Assembly: GCA_030829545.1 (NCBI GenBank)
Contig: JAURAI010000005.1
Span: forward strand, 12,088 to 76,087
Reading direction: 5' to 3'
Length of the DNA stretch: 64,000 bases
Source: Poseidonia sp.
Lineage (GTDB): Archaea > Thermoplasmatota > Poseidoniia > Poseidoniales > Poseidoniaceae
In this document: in pieces, positions 53,500 through 61,902 of the stretch
Layout of the letters: each line of letters starts with the position of its first letter
Numbering within the stretch: position 1 is the first letter of the stretch
Program-made: the position numbers and the translations under genes
The notes under the pieces: model-generated
What the model was told of the DNA's origin: nothing
The model's database searches: none
Seen by the model: the letters and a program-made list of their open reading frames with translations, nothing else

Positions 53500-55663
53500 C
53501 GCACAATGGGGGTTGCTAGTTGTGAAACGCTTTCTCGTTGTTCCAATCTTGGCGCTTCTCATCCTTGCCAGCATGCCACTGCACGTCCAAAGCGAAGGGA
53601 ATACCCCACCTGCACAGCTCTCTTGCAATGCAGACCGTGTGAACTGGACGATGGGGCTCGTCTACTGTGATGGAGGGGCAACTGAAGGATACACGCTGTT
53701 TTCGCCGCTCCCGGGGAATACAACCTATCTCATTGACCACAACGGGCGCTTCGTTCACGAATGGACCTCGCCGGGGGAGCATCGTCCTGGCTTGTCAGCA
53801 TACCTGCTCGAGGACGGTTCGCTGCTGAGGACGGCTAACATCGCACAAACCTCTGTCGGGAATTTTTCCGGGGGTGGGACTGCAGGAAAAGTTGAGCGTA
53901 TCTCGTGGAACGGGACGCTTGAGTGGTCGTGGACCTATGATTCAACGGAGTTCATCTCACATCACGACATCGAACCAATGCCTAACGGTAATGTTCTCAT
54001 GATTGCATGGGAAGATAAGACCGAAGAGGAAGCGACTCAGGCTGGACGAAACCCAGCGCTCGCGAGTGATTCACCTAACGGGGAAAACAATGTATGGCCC
54101 GACCATATCATCGAGGTTCAACCCGTTGGAACCAACGATGCAACCATTATATGGCGCTGGCATGCATGGGACCATTTGGTGCAGGATTATGACCCAACGA
54201 AAGACAATTACGGAGTGGTTGAGGACCATCCTGAATTGCTGAACATCAATTATGTGAGCAGCACAGGCAACCAGGCTGGACGAGCGGATTGGATGCATTG
54301 CAACGGGATTGATTACAATGCACTTCTCGACCAAATCGCAATATCTTGTCGAGGAATGGATGAAATTTACATTCTTGACCATAGCACCACCACTGAAGAG
54401 GCAGCAGGACATACTGGCGGCAACGCTGGCAAAGGTGGTGACTTTCTTTACCGATGGGGTAATCCACAAGTGTACAAAAAAGGACTTTCGAGCAACCAAC
54501 AACTGTTCGGACAACATGACGTACAGTGGATTCCGCAGGGTCATCCCAATGAAGGGCAACTGATGGTCTTCAACAACGGAAATGGCCGAAGCGTGGAATA
54601 TTCATCTGTTGACATTATCAATCCCACCATCATCAACGGCACGTACGAACTTCAAGCCAATGGGACCTATGGTCCAAATCAACCCGCTTGGACCTGGGAC
54701 CTTGCCACGGAAATGTACGCATCGGCGATCTCAGGAGCACATGCCTTGTCCAACGGACATGTTCTCGTAACCTATGGAACCAGTGGGACATTGTACGAAG
54801 TCGACGGCAATGGAAATGTCGTATGGACCTACATCAACCCCGTTGGCAACAGCGGACCATTCAACCAAAGCGAAAGCATTCCACAAGGAAACCGAGCGGG
54901 AACAACGGCCAACCAAGTATTCAAGGCGACACATTACCAAGCCAACTACGCAGGATTGGCTCAGCAAGACCTTACCCCCGGTGATTATCTCGAAGTCTGG
55001 ACCGACCAATGCCCCGAGCAAGAGGCATGGCAATGGGACCAAGACGGTGATGGATGCATTGATGACACTGATGGTGACGGTGTTCTCGACCCCAACGATG
55101 TGTGTTCTGAAGGAGATGATTTCTTGGACCAGGACAATGATGGAATTGCGGACCCCTGTGACGAATTTGTGGACAGCGATTCCGACGGCATCGCTGATGT
55201 TGAGGACCGATGCCCCGGCCATGATGACAACGTTGACCTCGATGGCGATGGAATCGTTGATGGATGCGATGAACTTATCGATTCTGATGACGATGGTGTC
55301 GGCGATGATGAAGATCGTTGCGAAGGGTACGACGACACAGAAGACAGCGATAGTGATGGAGTTCCCAACGGTTGCGATACATCACCATTCCCTGCTCAAG
55401 AAGAAGTTGAGGAAGAAGACATGCAGGATGTTGATGAGCAAAACAATGGTTCACTTCCCAGTACAAACGATTCAAAAGAAGACCAAGCACCAACCGAGGG
55501 CAATGCTGAGACATGGACTGCGTCGGAATTAAGCAGATGGTTTCTTGTTGTACTCGGACTATGGGGCTTCGTTTACGTAGCACTTCGATATCGCTCACAA
55601 CAAAATACAGGTCAGCAGGAGAGTTCGCTCATCTTGGAATCTGTTGAGGATGAGAAAACATAG
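53492..55663 (+). CDS. Arylsulfotransferase (ASST)-like beta-propeller ectoprotein with thrombospondin type-3-like Ca-binding repeats and a C-terminal TM anchor
   Basis: Signal peptide; the ASST-like blocks ISHHDIEPMPNGNVLMIAWE, WRWHAWDHLVQDYDP and WMHCNGIDYN; then DxDxDG repeats; then the TM WFLVVLGLWGFVYVAL. It ends at a TAG that is followed by an open in-frame stretch. Confidence 0.75.
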   Translation: MNDAQWGLLVVKRFLVVPILALLILASMPLHVQSEGNTPPAQLSCNADRVNWTMGLVYCDGGATEGYTLFSPLPGNTTYLIDHNGRFVHEWTSPGEHRPGLSAYLLEDGSLLRTANIAQTSVGNFSGGGTAGKVERISWNGTLEWSWTYDSTEFISHHDIEPMPNGNVLMIAWEDKTEEEATQAGRNPALASDSPNGENNVWPDHIIEVQPVGTNDATIIWRWHAWDHLVQDYDPTKDNYGVVEDHPELLNINYVSSTGNQAGRADWMHCNGIDYNALLDQIAISCRGMDEIYILDHSTTTEEAAGHTGGNAGKGGDFLYRWGNPQVYKKGLSSNQQLFGQHDVQWIPQGHPNEGQLMVFNNGNGRSVEYSSVDIINPTIINGTYELQANGTYGPNQPAWTWDLATEMYASAISGAHALSNGHVLVTYGTSGTLYEVDGNGNVVWTYINPVGNSGPFNQSESIPQGNRAGTTANQVFKATHYQANYAGLAQQDLTPGDYLEVWTDQCPEQEAWQWDQDGDGCIDDTDGDGVLDPNDVCSEGDDFLDQDNDGIADPCDEFVDSDSDGIADVEDRCPGHDDNVDLDGDGIVDGCDELIDSDDDGVGDDEDRCEGYDDTEDSDSDGVPNGCDTSPFPAQEEVEEEDMQDVDEQNNGSLPSTNDSKEDQAPTEGNAETWTASELSRWFLVVLGLWGFVYVALRYRSQQNTGQQESSLILESVEDEKT
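55037..55378 (+). repeat. Coding Asp-rich repeats (thrombospondin type-3-like calcium-binding motifs)
   Basis: DQDGDGCIDDTDGDGVLDPNDVC...DQDNDGIADPCDEFVDSDSDGIADVEDRC...DLDGDGIVDGCDELIDSDDDGVGDDEDRC...DSDSDGVPNGCD. The repeats also generate long spurious alternative-frame ORFs. Confidence 0.6.
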
Positions 55664-55810
55664 GAAACCACACCACCTCTTGAGGCAGCACCGTCCCATT
55701 CTGCCCCACAACTCCCTCGAGAAGGTCTGCCCGAGGGTTGGACGCTGGAACAATGGCAGCATGAAGGACATCAGTGGATTGAGAACTATGGCCATCAGGA
55801 ACAACCATAA
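55664..55810 (+). other. 48-codon open continuation in frame with the ASST-like gene after its TAG
   Basis: Hand translation after the TAG: ETTPPLEAAPSHSAPQLPREGLPEGWTLEQWQHEGHQWIENYGHQEQP, ending at TAA 55808-55810. It contains no in-frame start codon. Confidence 0.4.
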
Positions 55811-55890
55811 TTTCGCCTGTACGAAACAATATTGAGAAGTTCACAAGAAATTAAGTAGGGCTTGATTCTAGCGTTGCATGAGGATTAATC

Positions 55891-56169
55891 ATGCCACATA
55901 TCGTCACCTCCCCCTGCGTTGACCACAAATATCAGGAATGCGTTGCAGTCTGCCCCGTAGAAGCCTTCAGAGAAGCTGATACCTACCTCGTCATCGACCC
56001 CGATGAATGCATTGATTGTGGGGCTTGCGTACCTGAATGCCCTGTCGATGCTATTTTCGCCGACACGGACATCCCCGAAGAGGAAGAAGCGTGGATTGAA
56101 CGAAACGCAGAAGAGTCCATCGACGCAGAAATCGCAGAAGGCGACTCACCCGTTCTCGCTTCTGACTGA
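55891..56169 (+). CDS. Ferredoxin (7Fe/2x[4Fe-4S]-type)
   Basis: Begins [26 protein letters not shown] and contains ...[21 protein letters not shown] lies 6 nt upstream of the ATG. Confidence 0.8.
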   Translation: MPHIVTSPCVDHKYQECVAVCPVEAFREADTYLVIDPDECIDCGACVPECPVDAIFADTDIPEEEEAWIERNAEESIDAEIAEGDSPVLASD

Positions 56170-56225
56170 TTACCTGCTCAAGGTTGAGAACCAAGCATCA
56201 TAAAGGACGCTTACGAGGGCTCGGT

Positions 56226-57224
56226 ATGTCAAGCAAGGATATCGACTTCACACAATTCCGCAAAGGCAGCGACCTGCTCAAGCAAGGCTTCGCCCGAATG
56301 CAACAAGGCGGAGTCATAATGGACGTTGTCAACCCCGAGCAAGCCGCAGTCGCTGAGGATGCGGGTGCCGTTGCAGTCATGGCTCTTGAGCGAGTCCCTG
56401 CTGACATTCGCAAAGCTGGTGGCGTAGCCCGAATGAGCCACCCAGACATGATTCAAGGAATCCTCGATTGCACCTCGATACCAGTCATGGCAAAATCAAG
56501 AATTGGCCACGATGGTGAGGCACGAATTCTCGAGGCCATGGGCGTTGACATGGTTGACGAAAGTGAAGTCCTCACACCAGCAGACCCATACTTCCACATC
56601 AACAAGCACGAATACGAGATTCCGTTTGTTTGCGGAGCCACAGGTTTGGGCGAAGCAACTCGACGTATCTGGGAAGGGGCCGCAATGATTCGTACAAAAG
56701 GTGAGGCTGGCACAGGCAACGTCGTCGCTGCTGTTACTCACGCTCGACTCATCGACCAAGAAATTAAACAAATTCAATCCCTTGATGACAACGGATTAAA
56801 CCTCGCAGCTGAACATATCATGGACCGCTACAAGGTCTTGTCCGCACAATCAGTGATGCCCGGAGAACACTTCAACACGCCCTTCGGACCCATTGATGAT
56901 GAGATGCACGATGGGATTCGATCGGTTCTCAACGATGTTCATCGATTAGGCCGCCTCCCTGTAGTCACCTTCTCAGCAGGCGGAATTGCCACACCCGCAG
57001 ATGCGTCCCTCATGATGCGAATGGGTATGGACGGCATTTTCGTCGGCTCTGGTATTTTCAAGTCAAGTGATCCAAAAACAATGGCTGACGCTATCGTGAT
57101 GGCAACCGCACATTATGATGAAGCAAGCAAGGTTGCAGAAGCCATGGGTATGATGGCTGGTGTTCCAATGAAGGGCGATGAATTAGAAACGCTGGAAATT
57201 CGTTATGACCAGCGTGGCATGTGA
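56226..57224 (+). CDS. pdxS: Pyridoxal 5'-phosphate synthase subunit PdxS
   Basis: Contains [42 protein letters not shown]...[12 protein letters not shown]...GGIATPADA.... I prefer the ATG at 56226. No pdxT is adjacent. Confidence 0.9.
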   Translation: MSSKDIDFTQFRKGSDLLKQGFARMQQGGVIMDVVNPEQAAVAEDAGAVAVMALERVPADIRKAGGVARMSHPDMIQGILDCTSIPVMAKSRIGHDGEARILEAMGVDMVDESEVLTPADPYFHINKHEYEIPFVCGATGLGEATRRIWEGAAMIRTKGEAGTGNVVAAVTHARLIDQEIKQIQSLDDNGLNLAAEHIMDRYKVLSAQSVMPGEHFNTPFGPIDDEMHDGIRSVLNDVHRLGRLPVVTFSAGGIATPADASLMMRMGMDGIFVGSGIFKSSDPKTMADAIVMATAHYDEASKVAEAMGMMAGVPMKGDELETLEIRYDQRGM

Positions 57225-57479
57225 TCAATCCAAAGGATCGTCGACGCCTTCTTCTCCAAGGGTCCACTTGAGTGTCTTTACGACACCTTGCAATGCCTTG
57301 TGATTGCGTGCAGCCTCTTTCATGCCGTCCTTATCACTTTCATCCTTGCACATTTCATACCATTCCTTCCACTGGTTCATCTTTTCAGTAGCTTTGGAAA
57401 GCATGGCTTCAATCTCTTCCCAAGTGCGGTCGTAACTACGAACAGGTCCATCGCTCATGATAATCGGTTTTGGCGACAA
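57225..57479 (-). CDS. Small hypothetical helical protein
   Basis: 84 aa, charged and Trp-rich (WEEIEAML...NQWKEWYEMC). Its stop abuts the pdxS stop (TGATCA). No motif recognised. Confidence 0.4.
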   Translation of the reverse strand: MSPKPIIMSDGPVRSYDRTWEEIEAMLSKATEKMNQWKEWYEMCKDESDKDGMKEAARNHKALQGVVKTLKWTLGEEGVDDPLD

Positions 57480-57512
57480 ACATGTCCTATTTATTGCCTC
57501 GCCCTACATATC

Positions 57513-58583
57513 TCAATCAAACTGAGATATACGCTGATTGGAATAAATCGAGGCAGGCTCCAATTGAACCCCGTCACCAATGACACAATCTTCTACCATG
57601 ACGCCTTCAGGAACCGATACATTCCGACCGAGAATGGACTGGTTAATCTTGGCAGATGCAGCAATGCTACAACCTTCCATGATGAGGGAATCGCAAACTT
57701 CTGAGCCCTCCCCAAGTTGGCATGTTGGACCGACAACGCTTGAATTCACCCGCCCTCTTAGTGAAGCGCTTTCAGCCAATAAATTCCCATCCAAAAGGCG
57801 GTATGAAGGAGGGTAAGTGAAAGGCAACCTGTCATAATCCCTGATGAGGGTTTCCTGAGCGCGCAATAATTCACTGGGCTGGCCGACATCAAACCAAACA
57901 CCATCGATGGCTTGTGCATACATTGGCCATCCTAGGTTGAGGAGATGAGGAAATAATTGTTTACTAAAATCAAATTTTTCGCCTTCCGGAATGTGTTCAA
58001 ATACTTCAGGCTCAAGAATGTACAAGCCTGCATTAATCACGTTGCTGAACGCTTCTTCACGACTTGGTTTCTCTAAGAAACGACGTATGAATCCAGAACG
58101 CAATTTCCCATCGACTTCGCCCTGCGCATCTGATGACAAACCCACAATACCGAATTCAGTTGGGTCTTCAACTTCCCAGAGTGCCATCGTCACTTTCGCC
58201 TTATTCTTCCGATGTGCGTCGAGCAGGGCTTTGATGTCGAAGGAGGCGACTGCGTCACCTGAACCGACGACGCATGTTGAGGTAATGCTCTCTCGCAACA
58301 ATCCGACACTTCCAGCCGTCCCCATGGGGGTTGATTCTTGATTGATGCTGGCTTTGAGACCCGCCACAGGACTTTGCTCGGGCCAGGTGCTAACATGCTT
58401 GCCGAGTTGCTCACCGCGATAACCTGTGGTGACAATGATTTCATCGATACCTGCCTGTACCATTGCCTCCTTGACATAGTCGATCACAGGTCGGCCGAGA
58501 ACTTCAACCATGGGTTTAGGCCTTGATTCCGTCAACGGCATCAGACGCGAGCCTTGTCCACCAGCCATAATGATGCCAAGCAC
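57513..58583 (-). CDS. Sugar-phosphate nucleotidyltransferase with C-terminal left-handed beta-helix domain
   Basis: Begins MLGIIMAGGQGSRLMPLTESRPKPMVEV (GxGxR signature). The C-terminus has hexapeptide-like repeats (...SLIMEGCSIAASAKINQSILGRNVSVPEGVMVEDCVIGDGV). Confidence 0.8.
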   Translation of the reverse strand: MLGIIMAGGQGSRLMPLTESRPKPMVEVLGRPVIDYVKEAMVQAGIDEIIVTTGYRGEQLGKHVSTWPEQSPVAGLKASINQESTPMGTAGSVGLLRESITSTCVVGSGDAVASFDIKALLDAHRKNKAKVTMALWEVEDPTEFGIVGLSSDAQGEVDGKLRSGFIRRFLEKPSREEAFSNVINAGLYILEPEVFEHIPEGEKFDFSKQLFPHLLNLGWPMYAQAIDGVWFDVGQPSELLRAQETLIRDYDRLPFTYPPSYRLLDGNLLAESASLRGRVNSSVVGPTCQLGEGSEVCDSLIMEGCSIAASAKINQSILGRNVSVPEGVMVEDCVIGDGVQLEPASIYSNQRISQFD

Positions 58584-58592
58584 GGCATCACC

Positions 58593-59606
58593 TCAACGAC
58601 GGCGTATGGGTCCAAGACGACGCATGTTCTTTTTCTTGGAAGAAGGTGAGCCACGCTTTTTCTTCGAGGAGGGGTCATCCTTACCCAATCCGCCAAACAT
58701 CAGTTCACCATCTGAAAGAAGGGATTTGACAAGTTTGTCAGCGACTTCATCAGATTCTGCACCGGTTTTCATTTCAGCCTTCACCGAATCATTGTGGTCG
58801 GTCATCCAGGATTTGCGCTCTTCAATCGCAAGGTTGAGTTGTTCCCTTGCTTTGTTGACATCGACCATCATTTCAGTGATCTTTTCGTGAACGCCATCTG
58901 CTTTTTGATGGTGTTCTACTGATTCTTGATGGTGGCGGTCGCCTTCTGCTTTCAGGAAATCACGATGGTCGAGACCTTCCTTGTATTCCGCCCACTTTTC
59001 GTCAGCTCGCTGGAGCGCCTCAACGAATAATTTGTGAGCATCATCAGACTCGGCTTTCAGTGTAGCAATCGCTTCATCAAGATTGGAGAGGTCCACGTTA
59101 ACCATTTCGAATTTCGTAACATCAGGCTCAAGTTCTTCGGCCCTTCGTTTCATCCGCTTGATACGCTCCATCGTTTCTTTTTCCTTCTTGGTACTGGATG
59201 AGGTCGTCTGAAACTTATCCTCCAAGGAGTTGATTTCGGTCATCAATTGGGAATATTCTGCGGTGGCAGATTTTTTCTCACCACGTTCGCTTCGTCGTCC
59301 TCTGGCTTGAGAAAACAATTCCTTTAGTTGAGTGTTGATGGCGTCCCGCTTGGCTTTGTGGGCGTTTCTTTCTGCGTGGATGGCATCAAGTTCAGATTTC
59401 ACAAGGTCCAACTTTGTTCGGTGTTCTCGGTATTGTTCTTGAACAGCATCCCGCTTTTGAGCGACCGCTTTACCTTGTTCGCGAAGTGAATTGCGGGTTT
59501 CACGCAACTTGCGAACTCTTGCTTCCATTGATTGGAGTTCATCTCGTAACTCTGAATCTGGGTTAGGCTCACCGTCTCCAGCCTTGCCGCGCATGATGTG
59601 TTCCAA
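58593..59606 (-). CDS. Archaeal coiled-coil protein (COG1340-like) with basic C-terminal tail
   Basis: 337 aa, almost entirely heptad-like charged helix (E/K/R/Q-rich). It ends KKKRGSPSSKKKNMRRLGPIRRR. Confidence 0.55.
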   Translation of the reverse strand: MEHIMRGKAGDGEPNPDSELRDELQSMEARVRKLRETRNSLREQGKAVAQKRDAVQEQYREHRTKLDLVKSELDAIHAERNAHKAKRDAINTQLKELFSQARGRRSERGEKKSATAEYSQLMTEINSLEDKFQTTSSSTKKEKETMERIKRMKRRAEELEPDVTKFEMVNVDLSNLDEAIATLKAESDDAHKLFVEALQRADEKWAEYKEGLDHRDFLKAEGDRHHQESVEHHQKADGVHEKITEMMVDVNKAREQLNLAIEERKSWMTDHNDSVKAEMKTGAESDEVADKLVKSLLSDGELMFGGLGKDDPSSKKKRGSPSSKKKNMRRLGPIRRR

Positions 59607-59654
59607 TCCCTCTCACATTTCAAGGCTATGGATTGTCAAACAATGTTGATTTGT

Positions 59655-61187
59655 TCAAACTGCGGTATCAAAGATTTGGATAATCATGAAAATAACCGAG
59701 GATACCAAGCCAAAGCCGCCAAACAGATAGGCAACATAGGAGCCTGTTGTCCTCAGCCATTGGCGGAATTCAGCACGTACCCGCACGTTGATTTGCCTTC
59801 CAAGGAGTAATTCCCCATTTGTTTCTTCCAAGCGAACCGAAACCGTCGCATCACCATTGGTTGTTGGAATCAATGTCTGCCATGAGACCGTACTATCCTT
59901 GAGCAACCCCGACATTTTCCCGAGAACATCTTCGTTGCCTTCCGCAGCGAGCGGAAGTGCTTCGTCGGACCACCAATACATTTCGCCAGGTTCAAGTCGA
60001 TACGTCAAGGCGAGGTCCTTGGGCTCAAAGTTTGGAGTTTGGACACGGAAGACAACGGTTCGTGTCTTATCTGAAAGGTTGTGAAATAAGGTGAAGAGGT
60101 TTGCTTTATCGGTCACCACGTTTTCCATATCAACTTCGAAAATGAGGTCCTTCATTGCAGGTTCTCGCCCCGATTCAAGATCTTGCTTGAGACGGTCGAC
60201 CATTCTGAAAAAGGCAGGACAGCGCTGATTAATAAGCCCAAGAAGAACAAGCCATGCCTCAAGAGTAAACACCTCATGATTGAATACAAATTCCATCCCC
60301 TTTTTCATCAAGATTTCACTCATTTCAGATTCCAATGTTTTTCGGTCCAAGCCAGTAGCGTGGCGGTACAAGGTCATGAGGAATTTTTCATGAGCAAAAT
60401 GTCGATTTATACCTCGCTTGAAACCTTGTTCTAATGCCTTGGTGTATTCATCATACTGTGAGCGCAGCAAGGGGTCCATGTGTGTCTTAATGAGGTCGCT
60501 GAAGACCATGTTGAGGGTTGATGGATGGACCGGTGGCGTGTAGGCAGCGAGCAGTCCAGTCTGTTCAACCATGTTAAACGGAGTTGAGCGAGTGGGCAAG
60601 TGTTGGCCAACCGAGAGAACCAGGAAGGATGAAGAAGCCAGGAGGAAGAATTGCCCGAACTCAGTCGAGGTCCCATTCCATAGAACTGCGATGAGCATCA
60701 AGGCAGAACAACAAGCAAAGAAAAGTGATTTGGTGTGATGGGACATCGCATTTTCCAATTGGTAGAGGAGACCATCGTAGCCTTGCAGTGACTGCACTGA
60801 ACGATGGTCGATATTTGATTGTTCAACCAGTTGGTGAAATGTAGCCAGTGAGATGCTTACCCGGTATCGATGGAAACCAATTGCTAAAATGTAGCCGAGG
60901 AGGACAACAAAAGACAGACTGGCCGTGAAGGTTGAGAATCCCATTCCGATGTTGGGTTCGATATTATCCTCCCAAAACAGGGGAGAGGCTTGGGAAAAAG
61001 CCCAGGATGAGAAATACGTGATCGCCGCAAAAGCAGGAAGGAACATGATCAGCCTCAGCCCAGAACTCACAATTTGCCGGTCAATAGCGTGAATAATTGA
61101 TTCAGAGAGACGGAATCCAAAACGAGAGCCTTCGTCGGATTTGTGCGGAAGAACTTCGCTCATGGCCGTTGATGGTTCTTCGCCCAT
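59655..61187 (-). CDS. Multi-pass membrane protein with a large soluble domain, function unknown
   Basis: Four N-terminal hydrophobic helices, a roughly 280-aa soluble region, and a final TM (YVAYLFGGFGLVSSVIFMIIQIF). No motif recognised. Confidence 0.5.
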   Translation of the reverse strand: MGEEPSTAMSEVLPHKSDEGSRFGFRLSESIIHAIDRQIVSSGLRLIMFLPAFAAITYFSSWAFSQASPLFWEDNIEPNIGMGFSTFTASLSFVVLLGYILAIGFHRYRVSISLATFHQLVEQSNIDHRSVQSLQGYDGLLYQLENAMSHHTKSLFFACCSALMLIAVLWNGTSTEFGQFFLLASSSFLVLSVGQHLPTRSTPFNMVEQTGLLAAYTPPVHPSTLNMVFSDLIKTHMDPLLRSQYDEYTKALEQGFKRGINRHFAHEKFLMTLYRHATGLDRKTLESEMSEILMKKGMEFVFNHEVFTLEAWLVLLGLINQRCPAFFRMVDRLKQDLESGREPAMKDLIFEVDMENVVTDKANLFTLFHNLSDKTRTVVFRVQTPNFEPKDLALTYRLEPGEMYWWSDEALPLAAEGNEDVLGKMSGLLKDSTVSWQTLIPTTNGDATVSVRLEETNGELLLGRQINVRVRAEFRQWLRTTGSYVAYLFGGFGLVSSVIFMIIQIFDTAV

Positions 61188-61226
61188 GATAACAGGAAGG
61201 GTTGCCCTCCTCTAAAGTGTTCACAC

Positions 61227-61898
61227 CTATTCTTTGCGAATCGTGACGAAAATTCGTTCCATCCATTCATCCGAGAGGGTCATCAAAAGGTTGCCTTCTT
61301 GCCACATTTCGGGGCCTTTTTTTACCACGACAGAGCCAATCCCAATGCCGTCACCCCGAAGAATATCAATCGCTGTACCAGGAAGGAGGATCGCCGCAAG
61401 TACCCCTTCTTGTCCATCGCTCAACTGTTGAAGAGAGAGAGATTGGCTGTTACTGGGAAGGCGACGTGCGATATCTTCGGTCGGTTCGGGAATGGGGCGT
61501 CCACTGGGGTCTACTCCTTCTGGGCCGACCAAGGCTGAAAGGGCTACTTCGAGATCATCGTCAATAGCATGCTCGAGCCGACATGCGGTTTCGTGAGCAT
61601 TCCCTTCGTAAGGAAGAATTTCGAGTAAGACCTCTGCCAGACGATGACGACGCTTCATTTTGCGCCCGTGAACAAGCCCATCTGGTGTAAGCATGGCTCC
61701 TTTGTAAGGGACATAGTCGAGAAAGCCTCGTTGTGCAAGTCGTTGAACCATCTCGGTAGCCGATGCGGGACTTACACCCAATCGAGAAGCAAGTTCACCG
61801 GTGCGGACGCGTGCATCACTGTCCGATTCGTAGAATTCATACATCGTTTCAAGGTATTCATCCTCAAATTCTTGAAAATGACCAACCATTTGAATCAC
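61227..61898 (-). CDS. DtxR/MntR-family metal-dependent transcriptional regulator with C-terminal FeoA/SH3-like domain
   Basis: Contains YLETMYEF...VRTGELASRLGVSPASATEMVQRLAQRGFLDYVPYKGAMLTPDG...RRHRLAEVLL, which covers the wHTH, the dimerisation/metal helix and a beta-rich C-terminus. Confidence 0.8.
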   Translation of the reverse strand: MIQMVGHFQEFEDEYLETMYEFYESDSDARVRTGELASRLGVSPASATEMVQRLAQRGFLDYVPYKGAMLTPDGLVHGRKMKRRHRLAEVLLEILPYEGNAHETACRLEHAIDDDLEVALSALVGPEGVDPSGRPIPEPTEDIARRLPSNSQSLSLQQLSDGQEGVLAAILLPGTAIDILRGDGIGIGSVVVKKGPEMWQEGNLLMTLSDEWMERIFVTIRKE

Positions 61899-61902
61899 TG
61901 CT

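Noticed and set aside
54731-55532. Alternative-frame ORFs of 163 aa (minus) and 252 aa (plus) inside the ASST-like gene
   Set aside because: They coincide with the GAT/GAC-rich thrombospondin-type-3-like repeat DNA, which is stop-poor in several frames. The main frame gives regular DxDxDG repeats and continues into a TM anchor.
55661-55663. TAG as a reassigned (for example pyrrolysine) codon
   Set aside because: At least three other genes in the window end at TAG with no open continuation. aRF1 has normal NIKS/YxCxxxF motifs. No pyl genes or methylamine methyltransferases are seen. A local event (mutation, error or read-through) is more likely.
55727-55741. LPEGW motif in the post-TAG tail, also present in the GTPase C-terminus (ELPEGWYRSDQ) and in LysRS (ELPEGWFPW)
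   Set aside because: The three occurrences are in unrelated proteins and contexts (two are cytoplasmic enzymes). This looks like a compositional coincidence rather than a shared targeting motif.
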